Source of the DNA: Candidatus Omnitrophota bacterium
Lineage (GTDB): Bacteria > Omnitrophota > Gorgyraeia > Zapsychrales > JANLHA01
Length of the DNA stretch: 64,000 nucleotides
Direction: 5' to 3'
NCBI GenBank assembly: GCA_023247795.1
Contig: JAHFFT010000001.1
Coordinates: forward strand, 2,868 to 66,867
Below the pieces are notes generated by a model. The model made no database searches and was not told the origin of the DNA. It saw only the letters and a program-made list of their open reading frames with translations. The translations under genes and the position numbers were made by a program. Shown in pieces: positions 1 through 8,895 of the stretch (within the stretch, counting starts at the first letter, position 1; each line of letters opens with the position of its first letter).

Positions 1-823
1 GCGATGGCCGTCGGGGTTTTTTGCTGGGTATGCGCGGCCAGATCAGTGATCGTCAGATTGATTTCATGGCCAATCCCGCTTAAGACGACAATCGGCATCT
101 GCGCGATCTTTTTAGCGATGCTCTCACTGTCAAAACAACTGAGCTCGGCAATGGAACCACCGCCGCGGGTGATAACCAAGACATCCAAATCATCAACTGT
201 ACTCAGTTCATCCAAAGCGCGACAGACGTCAGCCTCAGCCCTGCTCCCCTGCATCAAGGTGTTGCGACAAAAAATTTTAAATCCGTATCCGCTCAAACGC
301 AGTTCCGAAACAAAATCATGATACGCCGCCGAGTCATACGCCGTGATCAAACCGATGTTCAATGGGACCTGTGGAAAGGCAAGCTGCTTATTCGCGTCAA
401 GAACACCTTTGCTTTTTAACTCAGCAATCAATTTTTGCTTGGCCTGAGCGATTTTACCCAACGTATAAGTGGGATCAATATTCTCAACGATCAAACGGAG
501 CGCGCCATGCGGTGGATAAAAATCAATCCGGCATAAAAACTTGACCTCGATATCGTCTTTCAAAGGAAAGGCGTTTTGAGCGTCGGCCAAAACCTCCTCG
601 ATATAAATCTTCTTGCCGGAAAAAATCACCAGTCCCACACGGGCGACAATGTCCTTGGTCTTAATATCCTTCTCGCAGAGCTCAAAAAAGACATGCTTCT
701 TGTCCCGGTTGCGGTTAAATCCCTGAATCTCACCGCAGACCCACACCGCCTGAGGAAACCCCATCTGTAGGACTTCCTGAATGAGGGAATTCAATGCTGA
801 TACGGTAAGGAATTCTTGTGACA
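1..823 (-). CDS. xseA: Exodeoxyribonuclease VII large subunit, partial (C-terminal part runs off the window start)
   Basis: Not in the ORF track because it has no stop inside the window. The minus-strand translation from ATG at about 821-823 reads MSQEFLTVSALNSLIQEVLQMGFPQAVWVCGEIQGFNRNRDKKHVFFELCEKD... This matches the XseA N-terminal OB-fold pattern (E. coli ...[30 protein letters not shown]...HWYFTLKD). The plus-strand ORFs at 4-321, 362-544 and 576-770 are antisense artefacts of it. Confidence 0.7.
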
Positions 824-827
824 TTGT

Positions 828-1292
828 TTAGCGAAGCGAAGAAGGATTGATCAAAGAAACCAACTTCCAATTCCCTTTGGAATCGCGGTCCAAAATTGCC
901 AAACTGCCGGTTTGAAAACCAACCGCGTTCTGGGCCTCATCATAAGCCAACAATTTCATGGCCAGCGTCCCCAAAAATGGCATGTGCCCCGCGATCAGGA
1001 CCACCTTTTTTTCCTTGGATAAATCTTCCATAAAACCCTCCACCGGGTCATTGGGGTTAAGATCGTTTCTGATCTCAATGGAAACATTCGCGGCAACTTT
1101 CTGTTGAATGATTTTTGCGGTCTCTTGAGCGCGGGCCTTGGGACTGGAATAAATCCGTTCAATCACGGCCTGTTCTTTCAGCAAAAATTCCGCGATGGCT
1201 TCGACTTCCCTCTTCCCAGCAAAATTGAGCGATTCGGTTTCCGTCGCGTATTGCCCGTGGCGCAGCAAATAAAGTTTCATCCCTTGCCCCAT
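828..1292 (-). CDS. sixA: Histidine phosphatase family protein (phosphohistidine phosphatase SixA-like)
   Basis: N-terminal KLYLLRHGQ (RHG catalytic motif), central YSSPKARAQETA, and a 154-aa size are typical of SixA. It sits 4 bp downstream of xseA on the same strand. Confidence 0.6.
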   Translation of the reverse strand: MGQGMKLYLLRHGQYATETESLNFAGKREVEAIAEFLLKEQAVIERIYSSPKARAQETAKIIQQKVAANVSIEIRNDLNPNDPVEGFMEDLSKEKKVVLIAGHMPFLGTLAMKLLAYDEAQNAVGFQTGSLAILDRDSKGNWKLVSLINPSSLR

Positions 1293-1699
1293 CCTCTCAT
1301 TTTCAATTCCTTCGCGATTCCCTGCACAGCACTCTTAAGAATTCCCTCCAACGGCTTAAACCGGGCCTTTGCCTCTTCCTGCTTCTGATGAAGGACCAAC
1401 CCATTTTCTCTGGTTTTATTTTTCTCATCGGACGTGTACCAATTTTCAAAATCATGAAACCCTTTTAAGGCCTGCTGATAACTCTCAATCGCCGCGGCAT
1501 ATTTTAAGACCGGTTCCTCGAAGTTGACCTCTTTGCTTGCTTTGATCCGCTGCCAAGCGTCCAATTTAAAATCGCGCAATCGATTGATCTGAAACATGAC
1601 ATAATACGACTCTAAATTTTTAGCCGCTTCTTGATCAAGGGCCAGCAGTTCTTTTCGAAGCTGCCGTTCTTTCTGAAATTGTCGCAATAAATTTATCAT
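1277..1699 (-). CDS. Hypothetical protein (140 aa, charged/helical)
   Basis: ORF with a 16-bp overlap onto sixA on the same strand. No recognisable motif. Confidence 0.4.
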   Translation of the reverse strand: MINLLRQFQKERQLRKELLALDQEAAKNLESYYVMFQINRLRDFKLDAWQRIKASKEVNFEEPVLKYAAAIESYQQALKGFHDFENWYTSDEKNKTRENGLVLHQKQEEAKARFKPLEGILKSAVQGIAKELKMRGWGKG

Positions 1700-1771
1700 G
1701 TCTGGAAGAATTATTTTTTTATTCTACCAAATCTGCTAAAATAAACAACCTCGAGCAAAAATATCGTATCT

Positions 1772-1797
1772 CTCACCTCGCAGGTGTACCTGCGAAG
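1772..1797. repeat. Imperfect palindrome (hairpin) in a divergent intergenic region, CTCGCAG family
   Basis: ctcacctcgcaggtgtacctgcgaagtgag: arms cacctcgcagg / cctgcgaagtg with one mismatch. Same CTCGCAG / CTGCGAG core as the elements at 14481-14516 and 41068-41087. Confidence 0.5.
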
Positions 1798-1842
1798 TGA
1801 GAATTGGTAAAGATAAAAAGCACAAAAAAGGAGAATTCGCTC

Positions 1843-2436
1843 ATGAAAAGAATGTCTCGATTTGCACAACTTGTCGTCGTTGGGTTCTTGAGTCTGCTGG
1901 CAAACCCCTGCTGGGCGGCCAGTTATTCACTTGATCAAGCGCACAGCTCCATCGGTTTTTCCATTAAGCATCTCATGGTCAGCACCATCCGCGGGAGTTT
2001 TACTGACGCATCGGGTACAATTGAGTTTGATCCGACCGCGCTCGAAACTTTTAAGGCCTCGGTCACAATTCAAGCGACCAGCATTGACACCAACAATGAA
2101 AAACGGGACAACCATTTGCGTTCCGCGGATTTTTTCGACGTGGCCAACCATCCCGCGATCACTTTTACGGGGAAATCGCTAAAGAAAAACGGTGACTCTT
2201 ATCTGATCGTTGGTGATTTGACTCTCCTCAATGTCACGAAAGAAATCTCCATTCCCTGCAGCATTCAAGGCCCGATCAAAATGCCGTCGGGCGGACAAGC
2301 CATCGGCATCTCCGGACAGACCACCATCAACCGCAAAGATTTTGGCATGACCTGGAACAAACCCATGGACCAAGGTGGATTGATGGTTGGCGAAGACGTC
2401 GCAATTGATGTCAACATCGAGGCGCATCAGAAATGA
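1843..2436 (+). CDS. yceI: YceI family periplasmic protein (polyisoprenoid-binding fold)
   Basis: Start chosen at MKRMSRF... because AAGGAG lies 9 nt upstream, not at the ORF-track start 1804. Signal peptide (LLANPCWAAS). SLDQAHSSIGFSIKHLMVSTIRGSF matches the YceI-like domain signature (D..HS...F.v.H...s.v.G.F). Confidence 0.8.
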   Translation: MKRMSRFAQLVVVGFLSLLANPCWAASYSLDQAHSSIGFSIKHLMVSTIRGSFTDASGTIEFDPTALETFKASVTIQATSIDTNNEKRDNHLRSADFFDVANHPAITFTGKSLKKNGDSYLIVGDLTLLNVTKEISIPCSIQGPIKMPSGGQAIGISGQTTINRKDFGMTWNKPMDQGGLMVGEDVAIDVNIEAHQK

Positions 2437-2448
2437 ACCTCGGTTAAA

Positions 2449-2976
2449 TCAGCTGCTCAATAGCCTTTTATAAATTCGATAATCCTGGTCATCAAAACAA
2501 CAGAAAATAACTTTTTCAATTGCGGATACGCGGGAAAGGAACTCTTTAACGGTGGCGACTGCTATCTGACCTGCTTTTTCTTTTGGAAAAAGGTAAACTC
2601 CGGTGCTGATGCAGGGAAAGGCCATTGATCGAATCTTATTTTCTTCGGCAAGCAAGAGCGACCGCTGATAACATCTTCTTAAAAATTCTGCTTCGCGATG
2701 CTGCCCGCCCTTCCAAACAGGCCCAACGGTATGAATCACATATTTTGCAGATAAACGATACCCTTTCGTTATCTTCGCCTCTCCCGTCTGACATCCACCG
2801 AGTGTACGGCACTCTGCAAGAAGCTGGGGGCCGGCGGCCCGATGGATCGCCCCATCAACGCCTCCCCCGCCGAGCAGTGAAGTGTTTGCGGCATTGACAA
2901 TCGCGTCAACCGACAATCGGGTGATGTCTGCGCAGACAGCTTCGCTTTGATTCATCGACTCCATGATAACCGTCAT
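2449..2976 (-). CDS. Macro domain protein (MacroD/YmdB-type O-acetyl-ADP-ribose deacetylase or ADP-ribosyl hydrolase)
   Basis: [36 protein letters not shown] is the canonical MacroD N-terminal motif. The start is probably MTVIMESM (2976) or MESM (2964); the ORF track extends to 3009. Convergent with yceI. Confidence 0.8.
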   Translation of the reverse strand: MTVIMESMNQSEAVCADITRLSVDAIVNAANTSLLGGGGVDGAIHRAAGPQLLAECRTLGGCQTGEAKITKGYRLSAKYVIHTVGPVWKGGQHREAEFLRRCYQRSLLLAEENKIRSMAFPCISTGVYLFPKEKAGQIAVATVKEFLSRVSAIEKVIFCCFDDQDYRIYKRLLSS

Positions 2977-3075
2977 TCCCAATGAAAAAAAATCCTCGGA
3001 ACCGGACAAAAACTCCCCTCCCAGACTCTTTATTAAACAGATTCAATTTATCCTTTATTTTCAGACGAGTAGGAA

Positions 3076-3870
3076 CTATATCATTCTCTTTCTTACCAGC
3101 TCCATGATTTGAATGATCGCTTCTTGGGCATTGTCATAGATCACCAAATCCGCATAAATGTCATAAGGAGTTGCCATCAGATTGATGATCAAAACTTTGG
3201 CCCCCCGCCGTTTGGCCTCGATCACCAAATAGGCGGCCGGCTGGACTAAAAGGGACGCCCCAATGACGATAAAAAGATCGCTTTGCATGGTAGCCTGCAG
3301 GGATCGCAGAGAAGACTCCAAAGGCATGGGTTGTCCAAAGGCAATGGTGTTTGATTTTAAAATACCCCCGCACAAATCACAATAAGGAACCTGGATTCCC
3401 CCTCCTTTAATCCGCTGATAGATATGATCTCGAGAGAACCGGGCATAACAATGCAAACAACTGACCGAAAATATACTGCCATGGATTTCGATCACTTTTT
3501 CTTCTGACGATTGCGCCCTTTGATGAAGGCGATCGACATTTTGGGTGATCACCGCCAACAATTTCCCTTTATGTTCTAATTCCGAATAGGCATAATGAAC
3601 CTCATTCGGTTGTACCCGCAGCACCAATTCATAAAATTGCTGTTCCATTTCCCAAAAGATCTTTCGTGACCTTTCACTGTCAATGAATTGCTGATAAAGA
3701 AAGTCCTTAGGATCATATTTGGTCCAATAACTGTGTCCGATCCCTCGAAAATCAGGTACACCCGAATCCGTGCATGCCCCCGCACCAGTAAAGCCGACGA
3801 TCTTCTGTGAACCTAAAATCAACGACGCGGCACGTTCAATTTTTTCCTTTTTCTTTCGCGTTGAAAACAT
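3076..3870 (-). CDS. cobB: NAD-dependent protein deacylase, Sir2 family (canonical sirtuin with a Zn-ribbon)
   Basis: GFTGAGACTDSGVPDFRG (NAD pocket), ITQNVDRLHQRA, IEIHGS (catalytic His) and two CxxC pairs (CLHC...CDLCGG) give the classical sirtuin architecture. The start overlaps the stop of the upstream permease. Confidence 0.85.
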   Translation of the reverse strand: MFSTRKKKEKIERAASLILGSQKIVGFTGAGACTDSGVPDFRGIGHSYWTKYDPKDFLYQQFIDSERSRKIFWEMEQQFYELVLRVQPNEVHYAYSELEHKGKLLAVITQNVDRLHQRAQSSEEKVIEIHGSIFSVSCLHCYARFSRDHIYQRIKGGGIQVPYCDLCGGILKSNTIAFGQPMPLESSLRSLQATMQSDLFIVIGASLLVQPAAYLVIEAKRRGAKVLIINLMATPYDIYADLVIYDNAQEAIIQIMELVRKRMI

Positions 3871-4958
3871 CAGCCTTGTCCAATCAGTTTTTCAAGGTCT
3901 CGCCAATAATGATCAGCAAAAACTTCTCCGCGGTACCACTCCAGACCAAATTCCGGAGAATAGACCAATTCCATGGGAACGGCATAAAATCCATCTTTTC
4001 GCTTTAATCGATTCGACTTAACTAACCAAATGATAAAAATAGTCACGGCATTGAAAGGAATAACAAAAGTTGGGAAAGGAAGATAATGGATTCCCAGATA
4101 GGTCAGAAGAACAGCGCCGAGACACCCCAAGAAGGTCAAGACACAAACATGTTTGTTAATCACAATAAAAATCCCCCCCAAGGCCAAGACAGTGGGAATC
4201 GAATTATAAATGTACAATTCCAGCATTCCAAATTCGTGTACTCCCCCCAGGAAAAAAATCAATATGATATTGATCAAGGTTGCCACGCTGACCACGAAAA
4301 ATGATAGCGAGGAATGGTAAAAAACGGCAATCATAATAATGAAAAAAGCCATCATATGATTAGAAAAGGCTTGCAAGAATATTTTTATGGTCTCCCACGT
4401 CCATTGCTTATTGGATAACGTGATGATACTCGCATTGAAATTCCGAAAATATTCGATCATACGCTCATCGGGGCCGCGCCAACTGCTCGACGGAAAAAAA
4501 TGGTTTGAAAGACTGCTCAGCAACAATAGGAGAAGTAGCGAAGGAATACTAAAGACCGGGAGGTTGGCAATTGTTCGGGCATTGAAATCACTCATCGCCT
4601 TCATCATCACTGAAGAAAGCGCCGCCGCAAAAATGAAAAGCAGAAGCGAGATAAAATTCAAATTGAAAAACCAAGCCCAGGCCACCCCAAGGACAACACC
4701 ATTGAATCCGTAAACCCCCGAGTTGATATGAAAGGGCCGCACTTTCAGATGAATGGCTGTGGCCGTCGACGCCATAACCCCTAAGACCGTCAGAAACCAT
4801 ACCTCCCTCGAAATAACAAAAATGGCGACGGATAAAAGAAAACCGGTGAGTTGATTAGGGCAAATCAGGACTTGCCCATATCCCTTTAAAAGGACCTGTA
4901 AATGTGGAAGGAATTTATCACGGGGAAGAAATTCTCTCCATTCGGTAAGATAATCCAT
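3870..4958 (-). CDS. Polytopic membrane protein, urea transporter (UT, PF03253-like) family, putative
   Basis: About 10 predicted TM segments. The N-terminal LLKGYGQVLICPNQLTGFLLSVAIF resembles the UT-family opening motif (LRG.GQ..FQNN..TGLLFL..IF). The two halves look internally duplicated. Assignment is from memory of the family motif only. Confidence 0.5.
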   Translation of the reverse strand: MDYLTEWREFLPRDKFLPHLQVLLKGYGQVLICPNQLTGFLLSVAIFVISREVWFLTVLGVMASTATAIHLKVRPFHINSGVYGFNGVVLGVAWAWFFNLNFISLLLFIFAAALSSVMMKAMSDFNARTIANLPVFSIPSLLLLLLLSSLSNHFFPSSSWRGPDERMIEYFRNFNASIITLSNKQWTWETIKIFLQAFSNHMMAFFIIMIAVFYHSSLSFFVVSVATLINIILIFFLGGVHEFGMLELYIYNSIPTVLALGGIFIVINKHVCVLTFLGCLGAVLLTYLGIHYLPFPTFVIPFNAVTIFIIWLVKSNRLKRKDGFYAVPMELVYSPEFGLEWYRGEVFADHYWRDLEKLIGQG

Positions 4959-4970
4959 GCGTGGACGATT

Positions 4971-6371
4971 TCATTTTTGCAGTTTCAAACGGTCGGGTAA
5001 CACATCTAGACGACGAAAGTCGGACATGACTTCCGGCATTCGCAAATATTCCGCCTCACCATGATGAACAATGACAACCGCGGGACGCGCATAAATGAAC
5101 TGCATTGATTGGCTCATATTATAAGCGCCGACATTCTTAATGATAAGCTGACTGCCCTTCTGCAACTGTGGTAAGCGCACGCCTAAACGAATCACATCGA
5201 TTTGCATGCACAAGGGGCCATACACATTCACATTATCCAAATGGGGGCCCATGTCCTGGACAGTCATAAATTCATGTTTATACCAATAAGCCGTAACCAA
5301 AATATTAACACCCGCATCAATGATAATCGCCTTTGTTCCATCAGCGAATCGTTTGGTCGCCACAACCGTTGTTATCATCGACACTGCCTCATCTACCAGG
5401 GAACGTCCCGGCTCGAGGATCAAACGGGGTTTGCTCTTAAACTCCTGAACCCGATTGCGCAACGGATAACAGAGGGCTTCCGCATACTGCTCTAAGGTCG
5501 GAATGATCGCGGAACCGGTTAAAAACTGCGAATGGAGAGTATTGCAGGAGGCATAGCCTCCCCCCATATCAAGATACTCAATCTGCACGTCGAATTCCCG
5601 CTCCAATTTTAAAGCAAAATCAATCAACTTATTAACCGCCTGATAATACGCCCCGTGGTCAGAGATGTAAGTCCCGATATGACAATGTAAGCCGTTCAAC
5701 TGCAGACTTCCCGACGAGACAACCCGACGCGCTGCTTCAAAGGCCTGTCCGGCCTCGAGATTAAAACCAAACTTACTCCAAGCCGGATAAGTCACATCAA
5801 CATTGACCCGAATCCCTACCTTCGCGGGATCCTTCTTAGACGGCCAAAGATTTTCAATTTGCTGAATCTCATCAAAAGAATCAATATTTATGATCGACTT
5901 TCCTTTTATGGCTCGCATCAGATCGGCACTTGTTTTATGGACACCATTGAAAACAATTTTTGTCGATGGCATACCTAAGTCTTCGGCCATTTCATATTCC
6001 AAACCCGAAACGACTTCTGCCCAGGCCCCTTCTTGATGCAAAATCGTACAAATACCAGAAAGATAGTTGGTCTTGTAAGAATAGGCAATATAGGTATCGG
6101 AATAAATTTTGCGTAAATTCTTGATAAAATCCCGATATCGCTGCCGAAGATCTTTCTCCGAAACAACATACAAAGGAGAACCATATTTGGCAACGAGTGT
6201 GGAGACATCCACACCGTCGATCTGCTGACAGGGAGTCGCGCTTAATGTTCGACCACGATATTTGTTCGTTGCTGCCAGCGAATGAATCGTGATCAGCGGT
6301 TTTTCGTAGGTGCCTCGGCGAACGCCGGGCGTCACAGTTTGACTTTTGGAATCATGATTTCTATGAATCAT
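4971..6371 (-). CDS. PLP-dependent decarboxylase, fold-type III (diaminopimelate/ornithine/carboxynorspermidine decarboxylase family)
   Basis: YSYKTN (equivalent to the AVKAN PLP-lysine motif), GLHCHIGT, MGGGY, EPGRSLV and CMQID are the hallmark motifs of the DapDC/ODC alanine-racemase-fold decarboxylases. It has an N-terminal extension of about 50 aa. It overlaps the upstream ATP-grasp gene by 11 bp. Confidence 0.8.
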   Translation of the reverse strand: MIHRNHDSKSQTVTPGVRRGTYEKPLITIHSLAATNKYRGRTLSATPCQQIDGVDVSTLVAKYGSPLYVVSEKDLRQRYRDFIKNLRKIYSDTYIAYSYKTNYLSGICTILHQEGAWAEVVSGLEYEMAEDLGMPSTKIVFNGVHKTSADLMRAIKGKSIINIDSFDEIQQIENLWPSKKDPAKVGIRVNVDVTYPAWSKFGFNLEAGQAFEAARRVVSSGSLQLNGLHCHIGTYISDHGAYYQAVNKLIDFALKLEREFDVQIEYLDMGGGYASCNTLHSQFLTGSAIIPTLEQYAEALCYPLRNRVQEFKSKPRLILEPGRSLVDEAVSMITTVVATKRFADGTKAIIIDAGVNILVTAYWYKHEFMTVQDMGPHLDNVNVYGPLCMQIDVIRLGVRLPQLQKGSQLIIKNVGAYNMSQSMQFIYARPAVVIVHHGEAEYLRMPEVMSDFRRLDVLPDRLKLQK

Positions 6372-7419
6372 GAAAGATGAGTTCCTTTGTTGTTGCTAAC
6401 TGACCTAAACGACTGATCTCACACGTCATATCCAGCGAACTTCTTGCAAATAAAATCCCTGGTTTGAAGGGCAATTCAAAATCACCTTTTTTCCCAGAGG
6501 CAATCATAATAGCCGCCTTGGGCATATTACAACCGGCCTTGGCAGCCAACTGAATCCAATTCGGAAAACGCGGCCGGATATCCGTCAAAACATATTGGTT
6601 CGTAGTATGGCTCTTCACAAATTCCAATTCGGCCGGGCCACACCATTGGATTTCTTTTAACACCTTCCTCGCCATATCATCCAAGATCTCATCTTGCGTG
6701 GTCATGCCAATCCACGTTGACCCGTTTCTCGATTTGACAATTTTTTTCATGCCGGCACAAGCAACAACCTGATGCCGACGATTTGTCAGAGCGGCGATGG
6801 AATACTCATCACCACTGATATACTGCTGTAAGACCAAGGGACTTCCCCAACTCTCAAAAAATCGGTTGCTAAAAACACCTGCTTCTTGCGTAGAATAAAC
6901 TAACTGCTGTTCGCCACTGGGACATTTAACGTAAAAAGGCGAATAGAAATTCAGTGCCAAACTGGCTAATTGAGCTTGATCCCACAAAGGCATCGTATAA
7001 GGAACACCGACTTCGATGTTAACGGCCCAATAAGGAATACTTTCGGTCCGTGCTTTTCTTAAACTCGCTTCGCTGGGAATGAGCATTTTTACACCAAGGT
7101 CCCGCAGATCCGGCTCGAGTTTGATCATCGATGGGATTTCAAATTCCAGATTCGGGATAAGAAAATTGTTCTTGGACGTATCAACAATTTCTTTCATCCG
7201 TGATAGGTAACGATCTTCCTCTTCCTGCGGATAAGGAACAACATAAACCGCATCCACAAGTTTATCCAAATAGGCAATGCTGTCCAATAATTCATATACC
7301 AGCGCAATGATTTTGACTTCGAAATCGGCTTCGTTGCGAAGACAGCGAATAACCCCTATTCCGGGAGCTGGATCGGCTCCGGCATTTAAGCCGGTGACAT
7401 AAATATGATACCGTGCCAT
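6361..7419 (-). CDS. ATP-grasp superfamily carboxylate-amine ligase (paralog 1)
   Basis: 352 aa. The N-terminal pre-ATP-grasp region (YHIYVTGLNAGADPAPGIGVIRCL) parallels the paralog (CNVAFTGVDSTENPYPGLSVLRAIK). The central and C-terminal regions have an ATP-grasp layout (PLVLQQYISGDEYSIAAL...ELEFVKSHTTNQYVLTDIRPRFP). Confidence 0.65.
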   Translation of the reverse strand: MARYHIYVTGLNAGADPAPGIGVIRCLRNEADFEVKIIALVYELLDSIAYLDKLVDAVYVVPYPQEEEDRYLSRMKEIVDTSKNNFLIPNLEFEIPSMIKLEPDLRDLGVKMLIPSEASLRKARTESIPYWAVNIEVGVPYTMPLWDQAQLASLALNFYSPFYVKCPSGEQQLVYSTQEAGVFSNRFFESWGSPLVLQQYISGDEYSIAALTNRRHQVVACAGMKKIVKSRNGSTWIGMTTQDEILDDMARKVLKEIQWCGPAELEFVKSHTTNQYVLTDIRPRFPNWIQLAAKAGCNMPKAAIMIASGKKGDFELPFKPGILFARSSLDMTCEISRLGQLATTKELIFHDS

Positions 7420-7429
7420 ATCGACGTTG

Positions 7430-8518
7430 TTATAAAGGTGTCTGTTCGTTACTCGATAACTGGATACTGCGCCAATTGAGCGATCCCTGAAGATTCAGTT
7501 GAACCAAATGATTAAAATCACAAAAGATGTCCTCAAAAACACGGCTGAACATAACACCCTTCTTATACTCCAGTTGCGGCTCTACGCGTTCGCCTAACGC
7601 CAGTTTGAGCGTGAGCAGCGGCAAATTCAAATTGCTTGACATCGTGGTGTATATCCAAGCGGGTAACCGGGCATTGATCTCAATGATAAATTTCTTATTG
7701 AAATACGGATTCTTGATGATTTCGAGTTCCATGGGGCCTTGCCATTGCAACGCCTTAACGACCTTGCTGGCCAATTCATGAAACTCTTCGCCATCAACGG
7801 TCACGCCGGCAAAAGCTTTACCAGAATTTGTGATCCCAATTTTTTTCATCACCACTTTGGCCACGATATCACTGTTCTGGTCGGCAACCAACGCGATATC
7901 ATATTCGTCTCCATCAACACATTCCTGAACAATGAGCGGCAATCCCCATTGATAGGAAAAACGATGAAAAAAAACCTGCGCCTCATCTCGGTAATAAACC
8001 TTCTGTGCGTCAATGATCGAGCCTTTGATCAATAATGGATAATGCAGCTCAACCGAATGTTGATCAATTTCCTGGGGATCGTTGATCACATAACTCTTCG
8101 GATGATCAAATTGATTTTTTTCACAAAATTCCCTTAAAAACGCTTTCGATCGGGCCTTAACTGCCGCTTCCGGCGGAACAAAAGTCTTGATCCCGATATT
8201 CCTCAATTTATCTGCCAAACGGGCATAGGTGGCAATCTCCGAATCTAAACACGGGATCAAAACATCGATTTTGGTTTGGCGATGGATATCCTCGATCCTG
8301 GGAAATAGATAATTCTCCGGTTCGGAAGGGAAGGGGATCTGATAAACTTCATCGATCAGATCATATTTGTAAAGACCGGTCGTTACGCTATCATAAGTAA
8401 AGACAATGATTTTTCCTAGAAACTCGCCGGATTCCTTAATGGCCCGCAGCACGCTCAAACCCGGATAAGGATTCTCCGTCGAGTCTACGCCGGTGAAGGC
8501 CACATTGCAGTCAATCAT
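7430..8518 (-). CDS. ATP-grasp superfamily carboxylate-amine ligase (paralog 2)
   Basis: 362 aa. YPLLIKGS, LIVQECVDGDEYDIALVAD, and MELEIIKNP...FIIEINARLPAWIY (the E-x-N-x-R Mg/ATP motif of ATP-grasp enzymes). It overlaps the PqqD-like gene by 4 bp. Confidence 0.7.
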   Translation of the reverse strand: MIDCNVAFTGVDSTENPYPGLSVLRAIKESGEFLGKIIVFTYDSVTTGLYKYDLIDEVYQIPFPSEPENYLFPRIEDIHRQTKIDVLIPCLDSEIATYARLADKLRNIGIKTFVPPEAAVKARSKAFLREFCEKNQFDHPKSYVINDPQEIDQHSVELHYPLLIKGSIIDAQKVYYRDEAQVFFHRFSYQWGLPLIVQECVDGDEYDIALVADQNSDIVAKVVMKKIGITNSGKAFAGVTVDGEEFHELASKVVKALQWQGPMELEIIKNPYFNKKFIIEINARLPAWIYTTMSSNLNLPLLTLKLALGERVEPQLEYKKGVMFSRVFEDIFCDFNHLVQLNLQGSLNWRSIQLSSNEQTPL

Positions 8519-8889
8519 TGCTTAATTCCAATTTCTAACTCGCGCAGTTGATAAAGCAGATCATGGATATCGGAAACTAAAATTCCTTCACTGACCTCAT
8601 ATTCTTGAGTGAGTTGTTTTGCTAAGTCCTCCAGCGAAAGCCCCTCTTTGATCCTGGCGATAATAAAAGAAGCGGTCGTATTTAAAGCATAGACCCGGCC
8701 TGATTTAGCGTCAAATAAAAACCCATGACCATCTTCCGAGATTTCCGTACTCACGTGCTCCGGGATCGAAATCACATAATTTCCTAAATCCTTAAATTGG
8801 CAATCCTTCTTATTATTTCGATTGCGGAAACGTTCCAGGATTTGATCGATATCCTCGATCTTTCCTTTCCTTTTGATATACAATTTCAT
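8515..8889 (-). CDS. PqqD-family small protein (RiPP recognition element-like peptide chaperone), 124 aa
   Basis: GHGFLFDAKSGRVYALNTTASFIIARIKEGLSLEDLAKQLTQEYEVSEGILVSDIHDLLYQLRELEIGI follows the PqqD/RRE pattern (..l.d...g.yy.LNetaa.IW.ll.G.sl.el...L...Y.v....a..Dv..fl..L...glI). A canonical ACP DSL motif is absent. Confidence 0.55.
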   Translation of the reverse strand: MKLYIKRKGKIEDIDQILERFRNRNNKKDCQFKDLGNYVISIPEHVSTEISEDGHGFLFDAKSGRVYALNTTASFIIARIKEGLSLEDLAKQLTQEYEVSEGILVSDIHDLLYQLRELEIGIKQ

Positions 8890-8895
8890 CGTACC

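Noticed and set aside
4-770. Three plus-strand ORFs (105, 60 and 64 aa) at the window start
   Set aside because: They are antisense to a clean XseA N-terminal reading frame on the minus strand. They have no RBS and no recognisable motif.
3076-3870. Sir2 protein as an anti-phage defence effector (Thoeris ThsA / DSR / Sir2-HerA type)
   Set aside because: Defence Sir2 domains are divergent, usually lack the Zn ribbon, and are fused or adjacent to SLOG, HerA, pAgo or TIR partners. This one has the complete classical sirtuin motif set and no such partner, so it is called a deacylase-type sirtuin.
8515-8889. 124-aa protein as an acyl or peptidyl carrier protein (BtrI-like)
   Set aside because: GLSLEDLAKQL superficially resembles the ACP helix-II DSL region, but it lacks the Asp-Ser pair. 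The preceding FLFD...G.VYALN.TA.FI block is diagnostic of PqqD instead.
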